Assembly (NCBI GenBank): GCA_965203515.1
Contig: OZ241907.1
Location: 1,437,730-1,501,729, forward strand
Origin: Spirochaetia bacterium
GTDB lineage: Bacteria > Spirochaetota > Spirochaetia > SZUA-6 > Bin103
Direction: 5' to 3'
DNA: 64,000 nucleotides
Position 1 is the stretch's first letter. The number at the start of each line of letters is the position of its first letter. A model generated the notes under the pieces. That model was not told the origin of the DNA. It worked only from the letters and a program-made list of their open reading frames with translations, and did not search any database. Shown here piece by piece: positions 10,213 to 20,247 of this stretch. The translations under genes were made by a program, and so were the position numbers.

Positions 10213-10950
10213 GTGTGCGGCCGCTTTACGCTGACGGCCGACCTCGACGCGGTGACTTTGGCGGAGTCGTTCGGCGCCGAAGCGGGCGCCGCGGCGCCTG
10301 CCGGCGAGATCGGCCCGCGCTACAACATCGCCCCCACGCAGCCGGCGGCGGCGGTGCTGATCGACGGCGGCCGGCGCGTGCTCGACTCGCTTTGCTGGGG
10401 ACTGGTGCCCGCGTGGGCGCGGGACCGCAGCATCGCCGGCCGCCTGATCAACGCCCGCGCGGAGACGCTTCAGCGGCGGCCGGTCTTCCGCGATGCGTTC
10501 GCCCGGCGCCGGTGCCTGATCCCCAGCGACGGTTTCTTCGAGTGGAGCGCCCGCGACCGGACCCCGCACTGGCTCCGGCTCCGCGACGGCGGCCTGCTGG
10601 CGTACGCCGGCCTCTACGATCGGCGCACCGAACGCGACGGCACCGAGTTGCGCACCTTTACGATCGTCACCACGGAGCCGAATGAGCTGGTGAGGCCGCT
10701 GCATGACCGCATGCCGGTCATCATCCCGCCGGACGGTTATGACCGCTGGCTCGACCCGTCGCGGAGCGGCGCCGAGCTGCGCACGCTGCTGCGCCCGTAC
10801 CCGGCTGCGGAGATGACCGCGCGGCGGGTCGCGCGCACCGTCAACCGCGCCGACGCGGAGGGCCCGGCGTGCGTCCTGCCGGCGCCCGCGACCGACTGTC
10901 CGGGCGCGAATCTCGAACTGTTCGTGGAGGGAACCCATGGAGACGCTTGA
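10213..10950 (+). CDS. SOS-response-associated peptidase (SRAP/YedK, abasic-site processing protein)
   Basis: GTG start followed by CGRF (N-terminal catalytic Cys2 after Met removal). VCGRFTLTADLDAV...YNIAPTQP...FFEW is the SRAP signature. Confidence 0.8.
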   Translation: MCGRFTLTADLDAVTLAESFGAEAGAAAPAGEIGPRYNIAPTQPAAAVLIDGGRRVLDSLCWGLVPAWARDRSIAGRLINARAETLQRRPVFRDAFARRRCLIPSDGFFEWSARDRTPHWLRLRDGGLLAYAGLYDRRTERDGTELRTFTIVTTEPNELVRPLHDRMPVIIPPDGYDRWLDPSRSGAELRTLLRPYPAAEMTARRVARTVNRADAEGPACVLPAPATDCPGANLELFVEGTHGDA

Positions 10951-11713
10951 CGGCCGGGTGGCGATCGTCACCGGCGGAAGCTCCGGCATCGGCCGCGGCA
11001 TCGCTATCGCGTTGGCCCGCGCCGGCGCCCGCGTGGCGGTCGCCGACGTACGGGAAGAGCCGCGCCGCGGCAAATATCATGAGACCGAGCCGCGGCCGCC
11101 GACCGCCGACCGGATCAACGCCGACGGCGGTACGGCCGCGTTCGTGGCGACCGACGTCTCCCGCCCGGAGCAGATAGATCGCATGGTCGACTTCGCCGCC
11201 GACCGCTTCGGCGGCGTCGACATCCTGGTCAACAACGCCGGCGTCGGCATCGTCAGCGCCATCGACCGGCAGACCGACGAGGAGTGGCGGCAGGTCATCG
11301 ACGTCAACCTGCGCGCCCCGTTCCTGGCCATCCGCCGGGCGGTTCCCTGGCTGCGCGCCTCCGCGCACGGGCGGGTGATCAACATCGCTTCGGTGCACGC
11401 CTTCGGCGGCAGCTCCGGCCCGGCGTACGCCTCCTCCAAGGCGGCGCTGGTGAACATGACGCGCGACGCCGCGCTGGCGCTGGGACGGGACGGGATCACG
11501 GTCAACGCGATCTGCCCCGGATACATCGAGACGCCGATTCAGGACTACCTGACCCCGCAGGAGATCGACGAAATGCGCGACCGAACCGTCTTGCCGCGGC
11601 TCGGAAAGCCCCGGGACATCGCGCACGCCGCGCTGTTCTTCGCCTCCGCAGAGGCGGAATGGGTAACCGGCGCCGCCCTGGTCGTCGACGGCGGTCTGAT
11701 CGCTTCGATCTGA
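10937..11713 (+). CDS. SDR-family oxidoreductase
   Basis: TGGSSGIGRGIA cofactor motif, NNAG, and the S...Y..SK catalytic triad (YASSKAAL). Confidence 0.85.
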   Translation: METLDGRVAIVTGGSSGIGRGIAIALARAGARVAVADVREEPRRGKYHETEPRPPTADRINADGGTAAFVATDVSRPEQIDRMVDFAADRFGGVDILVNNAGVGIVSAIDRQTDEEWRQVIDVNLRAPFLAIRRAVPWLRASAHGRVINIASVHAFGGSSGPAYASSKAALVNMTRDAALALGRDGITVNAICPGYIETPIQDYLTPQEIDEMRDRTVLPRLGKPRDIAHAALFFASAEAEWVTGAALVVDGGLIASI

Positions 11714-11723
11714 ACCGAAGGCC

Positions 11724-13586
11724 ATGTGCGGCATCGTCGGATATACCGGGCCGAAGCCCGCCCTGGAGCCGCTCCTTACCGGGCTGGACCGGCTGGAGTA
11801 CCGCGGTTACGACTCGGCGGGATTGGCGCTGCTCTCCGAGCGCGGCGGCCTGTCGATTTCCCGATCGGTCGGGCCGGTTCGGAAGCTGCGGCGGCGCGTG
11901 GCGGCGGCCGCGAGCGACGGCGAAGCGCGCGCTACGTGCGGAATAGCCCATACCCGCTGGGCGACCCACGGCGCGCCCAGCGAGCGCAACGCGCACCCGC
12001 ACACCGACGCCTCCGGGCGCATCGCGCTGGTCCACAACGGCATCGTGGAAAACCATCGCGCTATCCGACAATACCTTTCCAAGCAAGGCGTTACGTTCAC
12101 GAGTGAGACCGATACCGAGGCGTTGGCGCAGCTGATCGGCTTCCTGTACGAAGACGGCAACGGCACCGGCCCGGACGCGCTGCTGGCGGCGGTGTGCGGC
12201 GCCCTGCGCGAAGTGCAGGGCACGTTCGGGATCGCGGTCGCCTGCGTCGACTATCCGGGACGCCTGATCGCGGCCCGCCGCGGCAGTCCGCTGCTGATCG
12301 GGATCGGCGACGGCGAGCACCTGATCTCCTCCGACGGCGCGGCGATCGTCGAGCATACCAGCCGCGTCGTCTACCTGCACGACGACGAGGTGGTGACCCT
12401 CGACGGCGACGTCCTCAGCGCCAGCACGATCGACGCCCTGCCGCTGCGCAAGCAGGTCGATCGCCTGGAGATGTCGCTCGAACAGATCGAGCGAGGCGGC
12501 TACCCGCACTACATGCTCAAGGAGATCCACGAGCAGCCGGAGGCGCTGCGCAACACGCTGCGGGGGCGGATCGACCCGGCCGGAGCGGACGTGAACCTGC
12601 GCGGCCTGGAGAGCGTCGACTGCTCGCCGGCCGATCTGCGGCGCGTGGTGATCGCCGGCTGCGGCACCTCCTGGCACGCCGGACTGGTCGGCAAATACCT
12701 GATCGAGGAGATCGCTCGCGTGCCGACCGACGTCGAGTACTCCAGCGAGCTGCGCTACCGCAACGCGATCGTCGAGGAAGGGACGATCGCGTTCTTCATC
12801 AGCCAATCGGGAGAGACCGCCGACACCATCGCCGCGATGCACGAGATGCGCGCCAAGGGCGCGGCGGTGCTGGGCGTGGTCAACGTGGTCGGCTCGACGC
12901 TCGCCCGCGAGACGCAGGCCGGCGTCTATCTGCACGCCGGACCGGAGATCGGCGTCGCCTCCACCAAGGCGTTCATCGCGCAGGTGGCGGTGCTGACCCT
13001 GATCTCCGTCCGCCTCGGCCGCCGGCGCCACCTGTCGGCGGAGCGCTGCGCGGAGTTGCTGCAGGGTCTGCGGTCGAGCGCCCGCGCGATCGAGTCGGTC
13101 CTGCAGCTCGACGGGGCTATCCGCGAACTGGTCTCGCGGCACATCGACCGGCAGAACTGGCTCTATCTGGGCAGGGGCGTCAACTTTCCGGTCGCCCTGG
13201 AAGGCGCCCTGAAGCTCAAGGAGCTGAGCTACATCCACGCCGAGGGGATGCCCGCCGCGGAGATGAAGCACGGCCCGCTGGCGCTCATCGATCGCGGCAT
13301 GCCGGTGGTATTCGTGGCGCCGCGCGACCGCACCACCGACAAGGTCATCGCCAACATCGAGGAGGTGCGCAGCCGCGGCGGCCACGTGATAGCGATCGCT
13401 ACCGAAGGCGATCACGAGCTGGCGTCGGCCGCCGACGACGCGGTCTTCGTACCGCCGGTGCTGCCGGCGTTGTCGCCGCTGGTGACCACCGTGCCGTTGC
13501 AGCTCATCGCCTACCACGCCTCCGTGCTGCGCGGCCACGACGTCGACCGGCCGCGCAACCTGGCCAAGAGCGTCACCGTCGAATGA
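11724..13586 (+). CDS. glmS: glutamine--fructose-6-phosphate aminotransferase (isomerising)
   Basis: MCGIVGY N-terminal nucleophile, two SIS domains, and conserved C-terminal ...VDRPRNLAKSVTVE. Confidence 0.95.
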   Translation: MCGIVGYTGPKPALEPLLTGLDRLEYRGYDSAGLALLSERGGLSISRSVGPVRKLRRRVAAAASDGEARATCGIAHTRWATHGAPSERNAHPHTDASGRIALVHNGIVENHRAIRQYLSKQGVTFTSETDTEALAQLIGFLYEDGNGTGPDALLAAVCGALREVQGTFGIAVACVDYPGRLIAARRGSPLLIGIGDGEHLISSDGAAIVEHTSRVVYLHDDEVVTLDGDVLSASTIDALPLRKQVDRLEMSLEQIERGGYPHYMLKEIHEQPEALRNTLRGRIDPAGADVNLRGLESVDCSPADLRRVVIAGCGTSWHAGLVGKYLIEEIARVPTDVEYSSELRYRNAIVEEGTIAFFISQSGETADTIAAMHEMRAKGAAVLGVVNVVGSTLARETQAGVYLHAGPEIGVASTKAFIAQVAVLTLISVRLGRRRHLSAERCAELLQGLRSSARAIESVLQLDGAIRELVSRHIDRQNWLYLGRGVNFPVALEGALKLKELSYIHAEGMPAAEMKHGPLALIDRGMPVVFVAPRDRTTDKVIANIEEVRSRGGHVIAIATEGDHELASAADDAVFVPPVLPALSPLVTTVPLQLIAYHASVLRGHDVDRPRNLAKSVTVE

Positions 13587-13623
13587 CCGCGCACCGCGGC
13601 CTCGACGGCCGGCCCGCCCCCCT

Positions 13624-13651
13624 TTGCACGACGCTGCGACCATGCTATACT
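13624..13651 (+). promoter_or_regulatory. sigma70-like promoter for the small basic protein gene
   Basis: TTGCAC (13624-13629), 16-nt spacer, TATACT (13646-13651). GAGGTG SD lies 7 nt before the GTG at 13707. Confidence 0.5.
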
Positions 13652-13706
13652 CGACTTGGGTTCGCCCTGTGATGAACCCGCAATCCAAACGATACGAGGT
13701 GTAATC

Positions 13707-14204
13707 GTGCCGAAGCTCATAATCCCCGGCGATGCTCAGGAAGCTGCCGGGATCGCGCCGAAAGTCATCGCGCAGTACCGGCGCTTCATCGACCGCCTGC
13801 CGGAGAAAAAGGCCGGCTTCCTGCAGTTCTCGGCCAAGGAGGACATCGGCCTGGGCCGCGAAGCGCTCCTGGAAGCGGCAGGGAAGTCCAAGAAGTACAT
13901 CAAGATCCGCAAGGCACGCGGTCAGGACCGCACGCTGCAGCTGCAGCGCTGCACCAAGGCCGAATGGGACAAGGCGAACAAGACGGCGCAAGCCTCGACC
14001 AAGTCCGCGACAAAGGGGCGCCGCAAGCGCAAGACCGGCCCGAAGCCCAAGGTTCAACAGGCCGCCGCGGCTGCTGCCCCGCAACCCACCGACGCCCAAC
14101 CCACCGACGCCCAACCCGCCGACGCCCAACCCGCCGACGCGCCGCAAGCCGCCGATACTTCGGACGCGCCTCACACCTCCGAAGAGACCGCGGCGCAGGA
14201 GTAG
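13707..14204 (+). CDS. small basic Lys-rich protein with AT-hook-like tail (KGRRKRKTGPKPK) and (P[TA]DAQ)x4 repeat
   Basis: GTG start with SD. VPKLIIPGD...KKYIKIRKARG...KGRRKRKTGPKPK. No family recognised. Carries 15-bp tandem repeats. Confidence 0.55.
   Translation: MPKLIIPGDAQEAAGIAPKVIAQYRRFIDRLPEKKAGFLQFSAKEDIGLGREALLEAAGKSKKYIKIRKARGQDRTLQLQRCTKAEWDKANKTAQASTKSATKGRRKRKTGPKPKVQQAAAAAAPQPTDAQPTDAQPADAQPADAPQAADTSDAPHTSEETAAQE
14082..14141 (+). repeat. 4 x 15-bp tandem repeat (caaccc[a/g]ccgacgcc) inside the coding sequence
   Basis: Direct reading. Encodes PTDAQ-PTDAQ-PADAQ-PADA in frame 1, and THRRP repeats in the overlapping uvrC-like frame. Confidence 0.9.
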
Positions 14205-15262
14205 CGATCGACGGCATACCGCGCTCTGGCGGTTGCTATCTGTTTCGGAACGCGGCGGCCGAGGTCGTGTACGTCGGCAAGGCGACCGACCTCCGTCACC
14301 GCGTCCGTTCCCACCTCAACGCTCAGGGCCGGGGTCGAGCGATCGCCGCACGCGCGGCGACGCTCGACCTCATCCTGACCCGTACCCCGTACGAAGCGGC
14401 GGTTCTGGAAAGTTCGCTCATCCGGCATCACCGGCCGCCGCTCAACCGCGCCGATCCGCTCGCGCTCGGATTCTGGTACCTGCGCCTGAGCGACGGGCCG
14501 TTTCCCCGGCTGGAGCGCTTTCGCCCCGACCGCGGCGAGCCGTGCGCCGCTGACCGGACGTTCGGGCCCTGCGTCTCCTATCGGGAGGCGGAGGACCTGA
14601 TCGCCGCGGTGAGCGACCACTTCCGGCTGCGCACCTGCCGGCTCGACGGCTCGGGTCGCTGCGCGCGCGCCTACGCCGATCACTGCATTCCGGTCTGCGA
14701 GGAGCCGGAGCGGCGCGAGCGGTACGCGCGCGCCGTCGCGCAGGCGTCACGGCTGCTGCGCGGCGACACCGCCGCGCTGGCGCCGCTGCGCCGCCGCATC
14801 GCCGCGGCGGCGGCCGAGCGCCGCTTCGAGACGGCGGCGGCGCTTGCCCGGCGGCTGCGAGCGCTGGAACGGGGCGCGATCCCGCAGTCGGTGGTCAGGC
14901 CGGGCGGCGGTGACGCCGCGGTCGCCTGCGCGCGGCGTTGCCCGGACGGTCACTGCCGGGCGGCGGCGCTGCGGGTGCAAGGCGGTGCGCTGATCGCCGT
15001 GATCGGCGTCGACGCCGGGCCGGCGGCCACAGCGCCGGCGGCGGCGCAACGCGCGGCGCTGAGAACGGCCGCCGGCGGACTGCGCGATCCGGTCATCGTC
15101 ACCGCCACCGCAGGCCGTACCGGCGGCGGCTGGGTGACGCGCGAGCACGCGCGCGGATTGCTGGAGCTGGCGCTGCTCAACCTGCCCCATGCGGCGGCCG
15201 TCCGGGTATCCAGTCCGTGCCGGCCAGCGGCACCCCGGCCATCGCCGCCGCCTCCACCGTGA
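14190..15262 (+). CDS. UvrC-like GIY-YIG nuclease paralog (GIY-YIG + UvrB-interaction region), degenerate: no canonical start, endonuclease domain largely missing
   Basis: GCYLFRNAAAEVVYVGKATDLRHRVRSHL (GIY-YIG), the C-rich segment and ERRFETAAALARRLRALERG (UvrBC domain), then TREHARGLLEL (RDEAHRF-like). Only about 88 aa separate the last two, versus about 235 in UvrC. No ATG/GTG/TTG lies in frame between the upstream stop and the GIY motif. Confidence 0.5.
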
Positions 15263-17240
15263 GCGCCGCCAGGTCCTCGCGCTCCAGGTGGTGGACGTCC
15301 GACTTGCCGCAGGCGCGCGCCAGGGTAGCCAGTTCCATGGTCAGCGTCGCCAGATAGTTGCGCACGCGCCGCGCCCCCCACTCCGGATCGAGCCGCTGCT
15401 CCAGCTCCGGGTCCTGCGTGGTCACCCCGACCGGGCAGAGCCCGGTCTGGCACTGGTGGCAGCGGCCCGGCGCGGTACCCAGGCGGTGGTAGTCAGCGGT
15501 GGCGTCGACCCGTTCACCGCCGCGCACGTAGGCAGGGCTGTTGCAGCCGAGCGCCATGAGCACCGCCTGGCCGATCGACACCGCGTCCGCTCCCAGGGCC
15601 AGCGCCTTGGCGACGTCCGCCCCGGAACGGATGCCGCCCGACACCACCAACTGCACCTCGCGCGCCGGGTCGACCTCCTCCAGCGCCTCGACCGCCTGCC
15701 GCACCGCCGGCAGCGTAGGGATGCCGGCGTGCTCGATGAAGACCTGCTGGGTCGCCGCGGTGCCGCCCTGCATGCCGTCCAGGACGATCACGTCGGCGCC
15801 CGACTTCACGCACAGCTTGACGTCGTCGGTGACGCGGGTGGCGCCGATCTTGATGAAGACCGGGATGCGGTTGTCGGTGATCTCGCGCAACTCCTCGATC
15901 TTGATCGCCAGATCGTCCGGCCCCACCCAGTCGGGGTGCCGACACGCCGAGCGCTGATCGATGCCGGCCGGCAGCGTGCGCATGGCGGCGACCCGCTCGG
16001 AGACCTTGAGGCCGAGCAGCATGCCGCCGCCGCCGGGCTTGGCGCCCTGACCGACCACGATCTCGACCGCGTCGGCGCGGCGCAGGTCGTCCGGGTTGAA
16101 CCCGTACCGCGACGGCAGGCACTGGTAGACCAGCGTCCGCGACGCCCGGCGCTCCTCCGGGGTCATGCCGCCGTCGCCGGTGGTCGTGGAGGTGCCGGCG
16201 GCGGTGGCCGCGCGGCCCAACGCCTCCTTCACGTTGGCCGACAGCGATCCGAAGCTCATGCCGGCGATCGTGATCGGCGTGGCCAGGGTGAGCGGGCGCT
16301 CGGCGCGCCGCGAACCGAGCACGGTCTCCGTCGAGCAGCGCTCGCGGTAGCCCTCCAGCGGATAGCGCGACATCGACGCGGTCAGGAACGTCAGGTCGTC
16401 GAAACTCGGCACGCGGCGCTTGGCGCCGAGCCCGCGGATGTCGTAGACGCCGGTCTCGGCGGCGCGCTGGATGTAGTCGAGCGTCTCCGCGTCGTAGTGG
16501 CGGCTCACGGCGCCGGCCCAGCGCGGCGCTTCGGACCGGCGGTCCTGCCGCGGCGGGCCCGATCGGACCGCCGTGCCGCGCTCGCTGTCCGGAATCCAGT
16601 GGTAGAGCTGCCTGGCGGAGGCGACGCGGGTGAACGATTCCGGCGCCTCGTCCCGGCCGGCGCGGCGCAGCAGTTCGCCGAGCGCCTGCCGGTCCTCCTC
16701 GCCGAGCGGCTCGATGCGCGCGTCGGCGCCCAGGCCGCGGATGCGGCCGCGCACGTAGATCACCGCCTCGTACAGTGAGTCGCCGAGCCCGGCGCCGGCG
16801 TCGCCGCAGACGACGATCCGGCCGGCTTGCGCCATGAAGGCGCTCATGTGGCCGACGCTGCCGCCGACCACGATGTCGCCGCCCTTGAGGGAGATGCCGC
16901 ACCGGGAGGAGGCGTCGCCGTCGATCACCAGCAGCCCGCCGTGCGCGGATGCTCCGGCGCACTCGGAGGCGAAGCCGGCGACCCGCACGGTTCCCGACAT
17001 CATGTTCTCCGCGACGCTCCACCCGACGTTGCCGTGCACGGTCACCGACGCGCGCTGGTTCATGCCGGCGGTGAAGTAGCCGCTGTGGCCGCGTACGTGC
17101 ACGTCGAGCGGCGCGTTCAGCCCGCAGGCGACGTTGTGGCGGCCGAGCGGGTGGAGCAGCTCGACGGCGGCGGGGCCGGTGAGCGCGTGCAGGCGGCGGT
17201 TGACCTCCGTGACCGAGCGTTCGGCCAGGTCGAAGGTCAC
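15177..17240 (-). CDS. glutamate-synthase-family protein, fused GXGXG domain + FMN-dependent domain (N-methylglutamate synthase MgsB-MgsC-like fusion)
   Basis: The N-terminal half has GXGXG-domain repeats (GISLKGGDIVVGGSVGHMSAFMAQAGRIVVCGDAG). The C-terminal half has the GltB FMN/FeS region (FIKIGATRV...VIVLDGMQGGTAA...VSGGIRSGADVAKALALGADAVSIG). The GTG start overlaps the upstream stop (GTGA). Confidence 0.75.
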   Translation of the reverse strand: MTFDLAERSVTEVNRRLHALTGPAAVELLHPLGRHNVACGLNAPLDVHVRGHSGYFTAGMNQRASVTVHGNVGWSVAENMMSGTVRVAGFASECAGASAHGGLLVIDGDASSRCGISLKGGDIVVGGSVGHMSAFMAQAGRIVVCGDAGAGLGDSLYEAVIYVRGRIRGLGADARIEPLGEEDRQALGELLRRAGRDEAPESFTRVASARQLYHWIPDSERGTAVRSGPPRQDRRSEAPRWAGAVSRHYDAETLDYIQRAAETGVYDIRGLGAKRRVPSFDDLTFLTASMSRYPLEGYRERCSTETVLGSRRAERPLTLATPITIAGMSFGSLSANVKEALGRAATAAGTSTTTGDGGMTPEERRASRTLVYQCLPSRYGFNPDDLRRADAVEIVVGQGAKPGGGGMLLGLKVSERVAAMRTLPAGIDQRSACRHPDWVGPDDLAIKIEELREITDNRIPVFIKIGATRVTDDVKLCVKSGADVIVLDGMQGGTAATQQVFIEHAGIPTLPAVRQAVEALEEVDPAREVQLVVSGGIRSGADVAKALALGADAVSIGQAVLMALGCNSPAYVRGGERVDATADYHRLGTAPGRCHQCQTGLCPVGVTTQDPELEQRLDPEWGARRVRNYLATLTMELATLARACGKSDVHHLEREDLAALTVEAAAMAGVPLAGTDWIPGRPPHGAG

Positions 17241-18148
17241 GGGCAGCCCGCCGCGGCGCGCTCGGGCGCCGGGACGCTCCACGAATAGATCTCCTCCGGC
17301 GCCGGCTCGAACAGGTTGGCGTGCTCGATGCCCGGCAGGTGCGCCAGCGTGCGGAACTCCGAGCCGATCGCGACGTAATCGTCGGTCTCCGCCGCCACCG
17401 CCGGCTTGCACGCGAACGCGTCGCGCACCAGCACCAGCCGGTCGGCGGTGCCGATCAGCAGCGTGAAGAACCCGTCGAGCTCCCCGAACGCGCCGGCGAT
17501 CGCCGACTCGATCGTCGCGCCTTCGCGCATGCGCCATTGCAGGTAGCGGCACGCCGCCTCCGTGTCGTTGTCGGTGTCGAAGTCGATGCCGAAGCGGCGC
17601 AGGCGCCGGCGGATCTGCCACGGGTTGGAGATCGAGCCGTTGTGCACCAGGCAGAAGTCGGCGCCGGCGGTGAACGGATGCGAGTGGGCCGGCGTGACCG
17701 CCGACTCGGTGGCCATGCGGGTATGGCCCACGCAGTGGGAGCCCCGTACCCGGTCGAGGCGGCAGGCGGCGATCAGCTCGCGGGGATGGCCGGCGTCCTT
17801 GTAGACGCGCATGCGGCGCCCGTATCCGAAGGTGTCGATCCGTTCGGGCCGCTCGGCGAGCGCGGCCCCGACCTGGTCAGGAGCGGCGGCGGTCGCCAGG
17901 ACCGCGCACCGGCCGACCGCTTCGACGCTCCCGTCCGGGAACCGGCCGGCCAGACCGTCCCAGTCGGTCCCGCCCTCGGCGAAGAGGCTGTAGCGGTAGC
18001 GCCGCGGGTCGCCCTCCTCCTCGAAGACCGCCAGGCCGGCCGAGTCCGGACCCCGGTCCCCCATGCAGGCGAGCATGGGCGCGACCAGTCGGCCGAGCTG
18101 CCGGCGGCCGTCCGCCCGTTTCGCCGCGAAGCCGACGATGCCGCACAT
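17237..18148 (-). CDS. class II glutamine amidotransferase domain protein (glutamate synthase N-domain-like; MgsA-like)
   Basis: MCGIVGF N-terminal Cys nucleophile and Ntn-hydrolase fold motifs. Confidence 0.7.
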   Translation of the reverse strand: MCGIVGFAAKRADGRRQLGRLVAPMLACMGDRGPDSAGLAVFEEEGDPRRYRYSLFAEGGTDWDGLAGRFPDGSVEAVGRCAVLATAAAPDQVGAALAERPERIDTFGYGRRMRVYKDAGHPRELIAACRLDRVRGSHCVGHTRMATESAVTPAHSHPFTAGADFCLVHNGSISNPWQIRRRLRRFGIDFDTDNDTEAACRYLQWRMREGATIESAIAGAFGELDGFFTLLIGTADRLVLVRDAFACKPAVAAETDDYVAIGSEFRTLAHLPGIEHANLFEPAPEEIYSWSVPAPERAAAGCP

Positions 18149-18172
18149 GATCCGCCAACCCCGATCCGGCGC

Positions 18173-19507
18173 TCAGTAATACTCGAGGTAGCGCTCGATC
18201 TCCCAGTCGGAGACGTGCCGCTGGTACTCGATCCATTCCATCTCCTTGACGGTGATGAACTCCCGCACCACGGCGCCGAGCCGGTCGCCGAACAGCGGGT
18301 CGGCGGCCAGCGCGTCGAGCGCCTCGCGCAGCGTCTGCGGCAGCGTGCCGATGCCGATCTCCCGGAGCTGCTCCGGCGTGTAGTCGTACAGGTTGAGATT
18401 GTGCGGATCGCCGGGGTCGAGCCGGCGGTCCACGCCGTCGAGCCCGGCCGCCAGCATCGCGGCGGTGGCCAGGTAGGGGTTGCAGCTCGAATCGCTGAGG
18501 CGCAGCTCCAGGTGCCCGCGCGGCACCCGGACCATGGCGGTCCGGTTGTTGTCGCCGTAGGCGACGTGCGCGGGCGCCCAGGTGGCGCCGGACAGGGCGC
18601 GGCCGACCACCAGACGCTTGTAGGAGTTGACCGACGGCGCGACCAGGGCGGTCAGCGCCGGCGCGTGGCGCAGCAGGCCGCCCAGGAAGTGGTAGGCGAG
18701 CTCCGACAGTCCCAGTCCGCGGCGGTCGGAATCGTCCTCGAACAACGACGTTCCCTGCGCGTCGGCGATCGACAGATGGACGTGCATGCCGCTGCCGGTG
18801 CGCGCCGACATCGGCTTGGGCATGAACGAGCAGATCATGCCGAGGTCGCGGGCGATCTCGCCGGCGGCCATGCGGAAGAAGACGTAACGGTCGGCCGAGG
18901 TGAGCGCGTCGGTGTAGGTGTAGTTGATCTCGAACTGGCCGTTGGCGTCCTCGTGGTCGACCTGATAGACGTCGAAGCCGACCTCCTGCAGCGACGCGAC
19001 CAGCTTCTCGATGAAGTGCCGGCTGCGCGACAGGCCCTTGTAGTCGTAGCACGGCTTGTCGAGCAGGTCGGTGCGGTCGGCGGGATGGATGCTGCCGTCA
19101 TCGTCTCGGCGCAGCAGCATGAACTCCGGCTCCAGTCCCGTGTTGAGCGTCCAGCCGCGGTCGCCGAGCGCGCGGAGTTGCTCCTTGAGCACGTGGCGGG
19201 TGTCGTACGGCCACGGCTGCCCGTCGACCCGCCCGTCGCAGACGATGCGGGCGTAGCCCGGCTGCCACGGCACCGGCGACAGCGTGGCCAGATCGCCCAC
19301 CGCCATGAAGTCCGGGTCGTGCGGTTGCTGGCCCATGCCCCACACCGCGAAGCCGGCGAACCCGGCGCCGGCATCGAGCACGTCGTCGAAGTGCGCCGCC
19401 GGCACCGCCTTGGTCTTGGCGACGCCGTGCAGGTCGACGAACTGAGCGAGCACGAACTTGATGTCGTGCCGTCTGAGCAGTTGGTGCGCGTCCTCGCGTG
19501 TCATCTC
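18173..19507 (-). CDS. glutamine-synthetase-family protein, 444 aa (gamma-glutamylmethylamide synthetase GmaS-like)
   Basis: GS catalytic-domain motifs ([41 protein letters not shown]). The 444-aa length and the context with mgs/mgd-like genes fit GmaS. The ATG overlaps the soxG stop (ATGA). Confidence 0.7.
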   Translation of the reverse strand, partial: EMTREDAHQLLRRHDIKFVLAQFVDLHGVAKTKAVPAAHFDDVLDAGAGFAGFAVWGMGQQPHDPDFMAVGDLATLSPVPWQPGYARIVCDGRVDGQPWPYDTRHVLKEQLRALGDRGWTLNTGLEPEFMLLRRDDDGSIHPADRTDLLDKPCYDYKGLSRSRHFIEKLVASLQEVGFDVYQVDHEDANGQFEINYTYTDALTSADRYVFFRMAAGEIARDLGMICSFMPKPMSARTGSGMHVHLSIADAQGTSLFEDDSDRRGLGLSELAYHFLGGLLRHAPALTALVAPSVNSYKRLVVGRALSGATWAPAHVAYGDNNRTAMVRVPRGHLELRLSDSSCNPYLATAAMLAAGLDGVDRRLDPGDPHNLNLYDYTPEQLREIGIGTLPQTLREALDALAADPLFGDRLGAVVREFITVKEMEWIEYQRHVSDWEIERYLEYY

Positions 19508-20247
19508 TCTCCTTCGTCCTGCCGTTCCGTCGGCCGCGCCGGCAGCAGCGCCGCGGCGGCCAGCTCCCCTACCGGGCCGCCGCCGCACTCCCGCACGATC
19601 GTCAGCAGCTCGTCCCACAGCCAGGGGCCGTAGCTCGGCGCGGCCCACAGATGGTAAACCGGGACGGGCGGCGCGTCTTCCTCCCGCATCGCCTCCCCGC
19701 GGTCGGCCAGGACCGCGCAGGAGACCAGCGCCACCCGCGTCATCACGAAGCGGCCGGCGGCGCCGCGAAAATCATACGCGCAGGTCTGCGCCAACACATC
19801 CGGCGCGCGCCGGCCGCAGAGCAGCAGCGCCGCATCCTCCCGCCGCACCGGCCAACAGGCGGCCGGCGGCGCCGCAGCGAGCGCCGCCGCCACCGCCGCG
19901 GCGCCGGCTCCCTCCAGGAACAGCTCGCCTTGGCCCACCCGCACGGCGAGCGTGCCGTCGACCGCGCGCGTCCAGCCGTACCGCTCGGTCGGGACCGCCA
20001 CCCCCTGCGTCCGCGCCCACGCGACCGCGCCCGGCCCCGTCAGGCCGATACGCGGCAGCGCGCCGCGATCGGCCAACCCCAGCACCGGCGCGGTCGCCGC
20101 CTCCGCCGCCGCATCCCCGAAGTGGAGCGCGCGCAACGCGCCGTCGCGCTCTTCCCAGGCCGCTCCGAGCCGCTCCAGACAGGCGTGCACGGCGCTAACG
20201 CGCGCGCTGTAGCCCGCGCTATGGCGCGGCGCCGGCGGCGGGGTCAC
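19501..20247 (-). CDS. soxG: sarcosine oxidase gamma-subunit family protein (MgdD/SoxG-like)
   Basis: Position after soxA, size, and a weak SoxG-family pattern. ATGA overlap with the soxA stop. Confidence 0.55.
   Translation of the reverse strand: MTPPPAPRHSAGYSARVSAVHACLERLGAAWEERDGALRALHFGDAAAEAATAPVLGLADRGALPRIGLTGPGAVAWARTQGVAVPTERYGWTRAVDGTLAVRVGQGELFLEGAGAAAVAAALAAAPPAACWPVRREDAALLLCGRRAPDVLAQTCAYDFRGAAGRFVMTRVALVSCAVLADRGEAMREEDAPPVPVYHLWAAPSYGPWLWDELLTIVRECGGGPVGELAAAALLPARPTERQDEGER

Noticed and set aside
11714-11723. glmS ribozyme upstream of glmS
   Set aside because: Only 10 nt separate the SDR stop and the glmS start, so there is no room for the ribozyme.
11502-14174. 890-aa minus-strand ORF antisense to glmS
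   Set aside because: Low-complexity shadow ORF. glmS on the plus strand is unambiguous.
17321-19633. 770-aa plus-strand ORF across the mgsA/GS-like region
   Set aside because: Antisense to two well-supported minus-strand genes, and compositionally biased.
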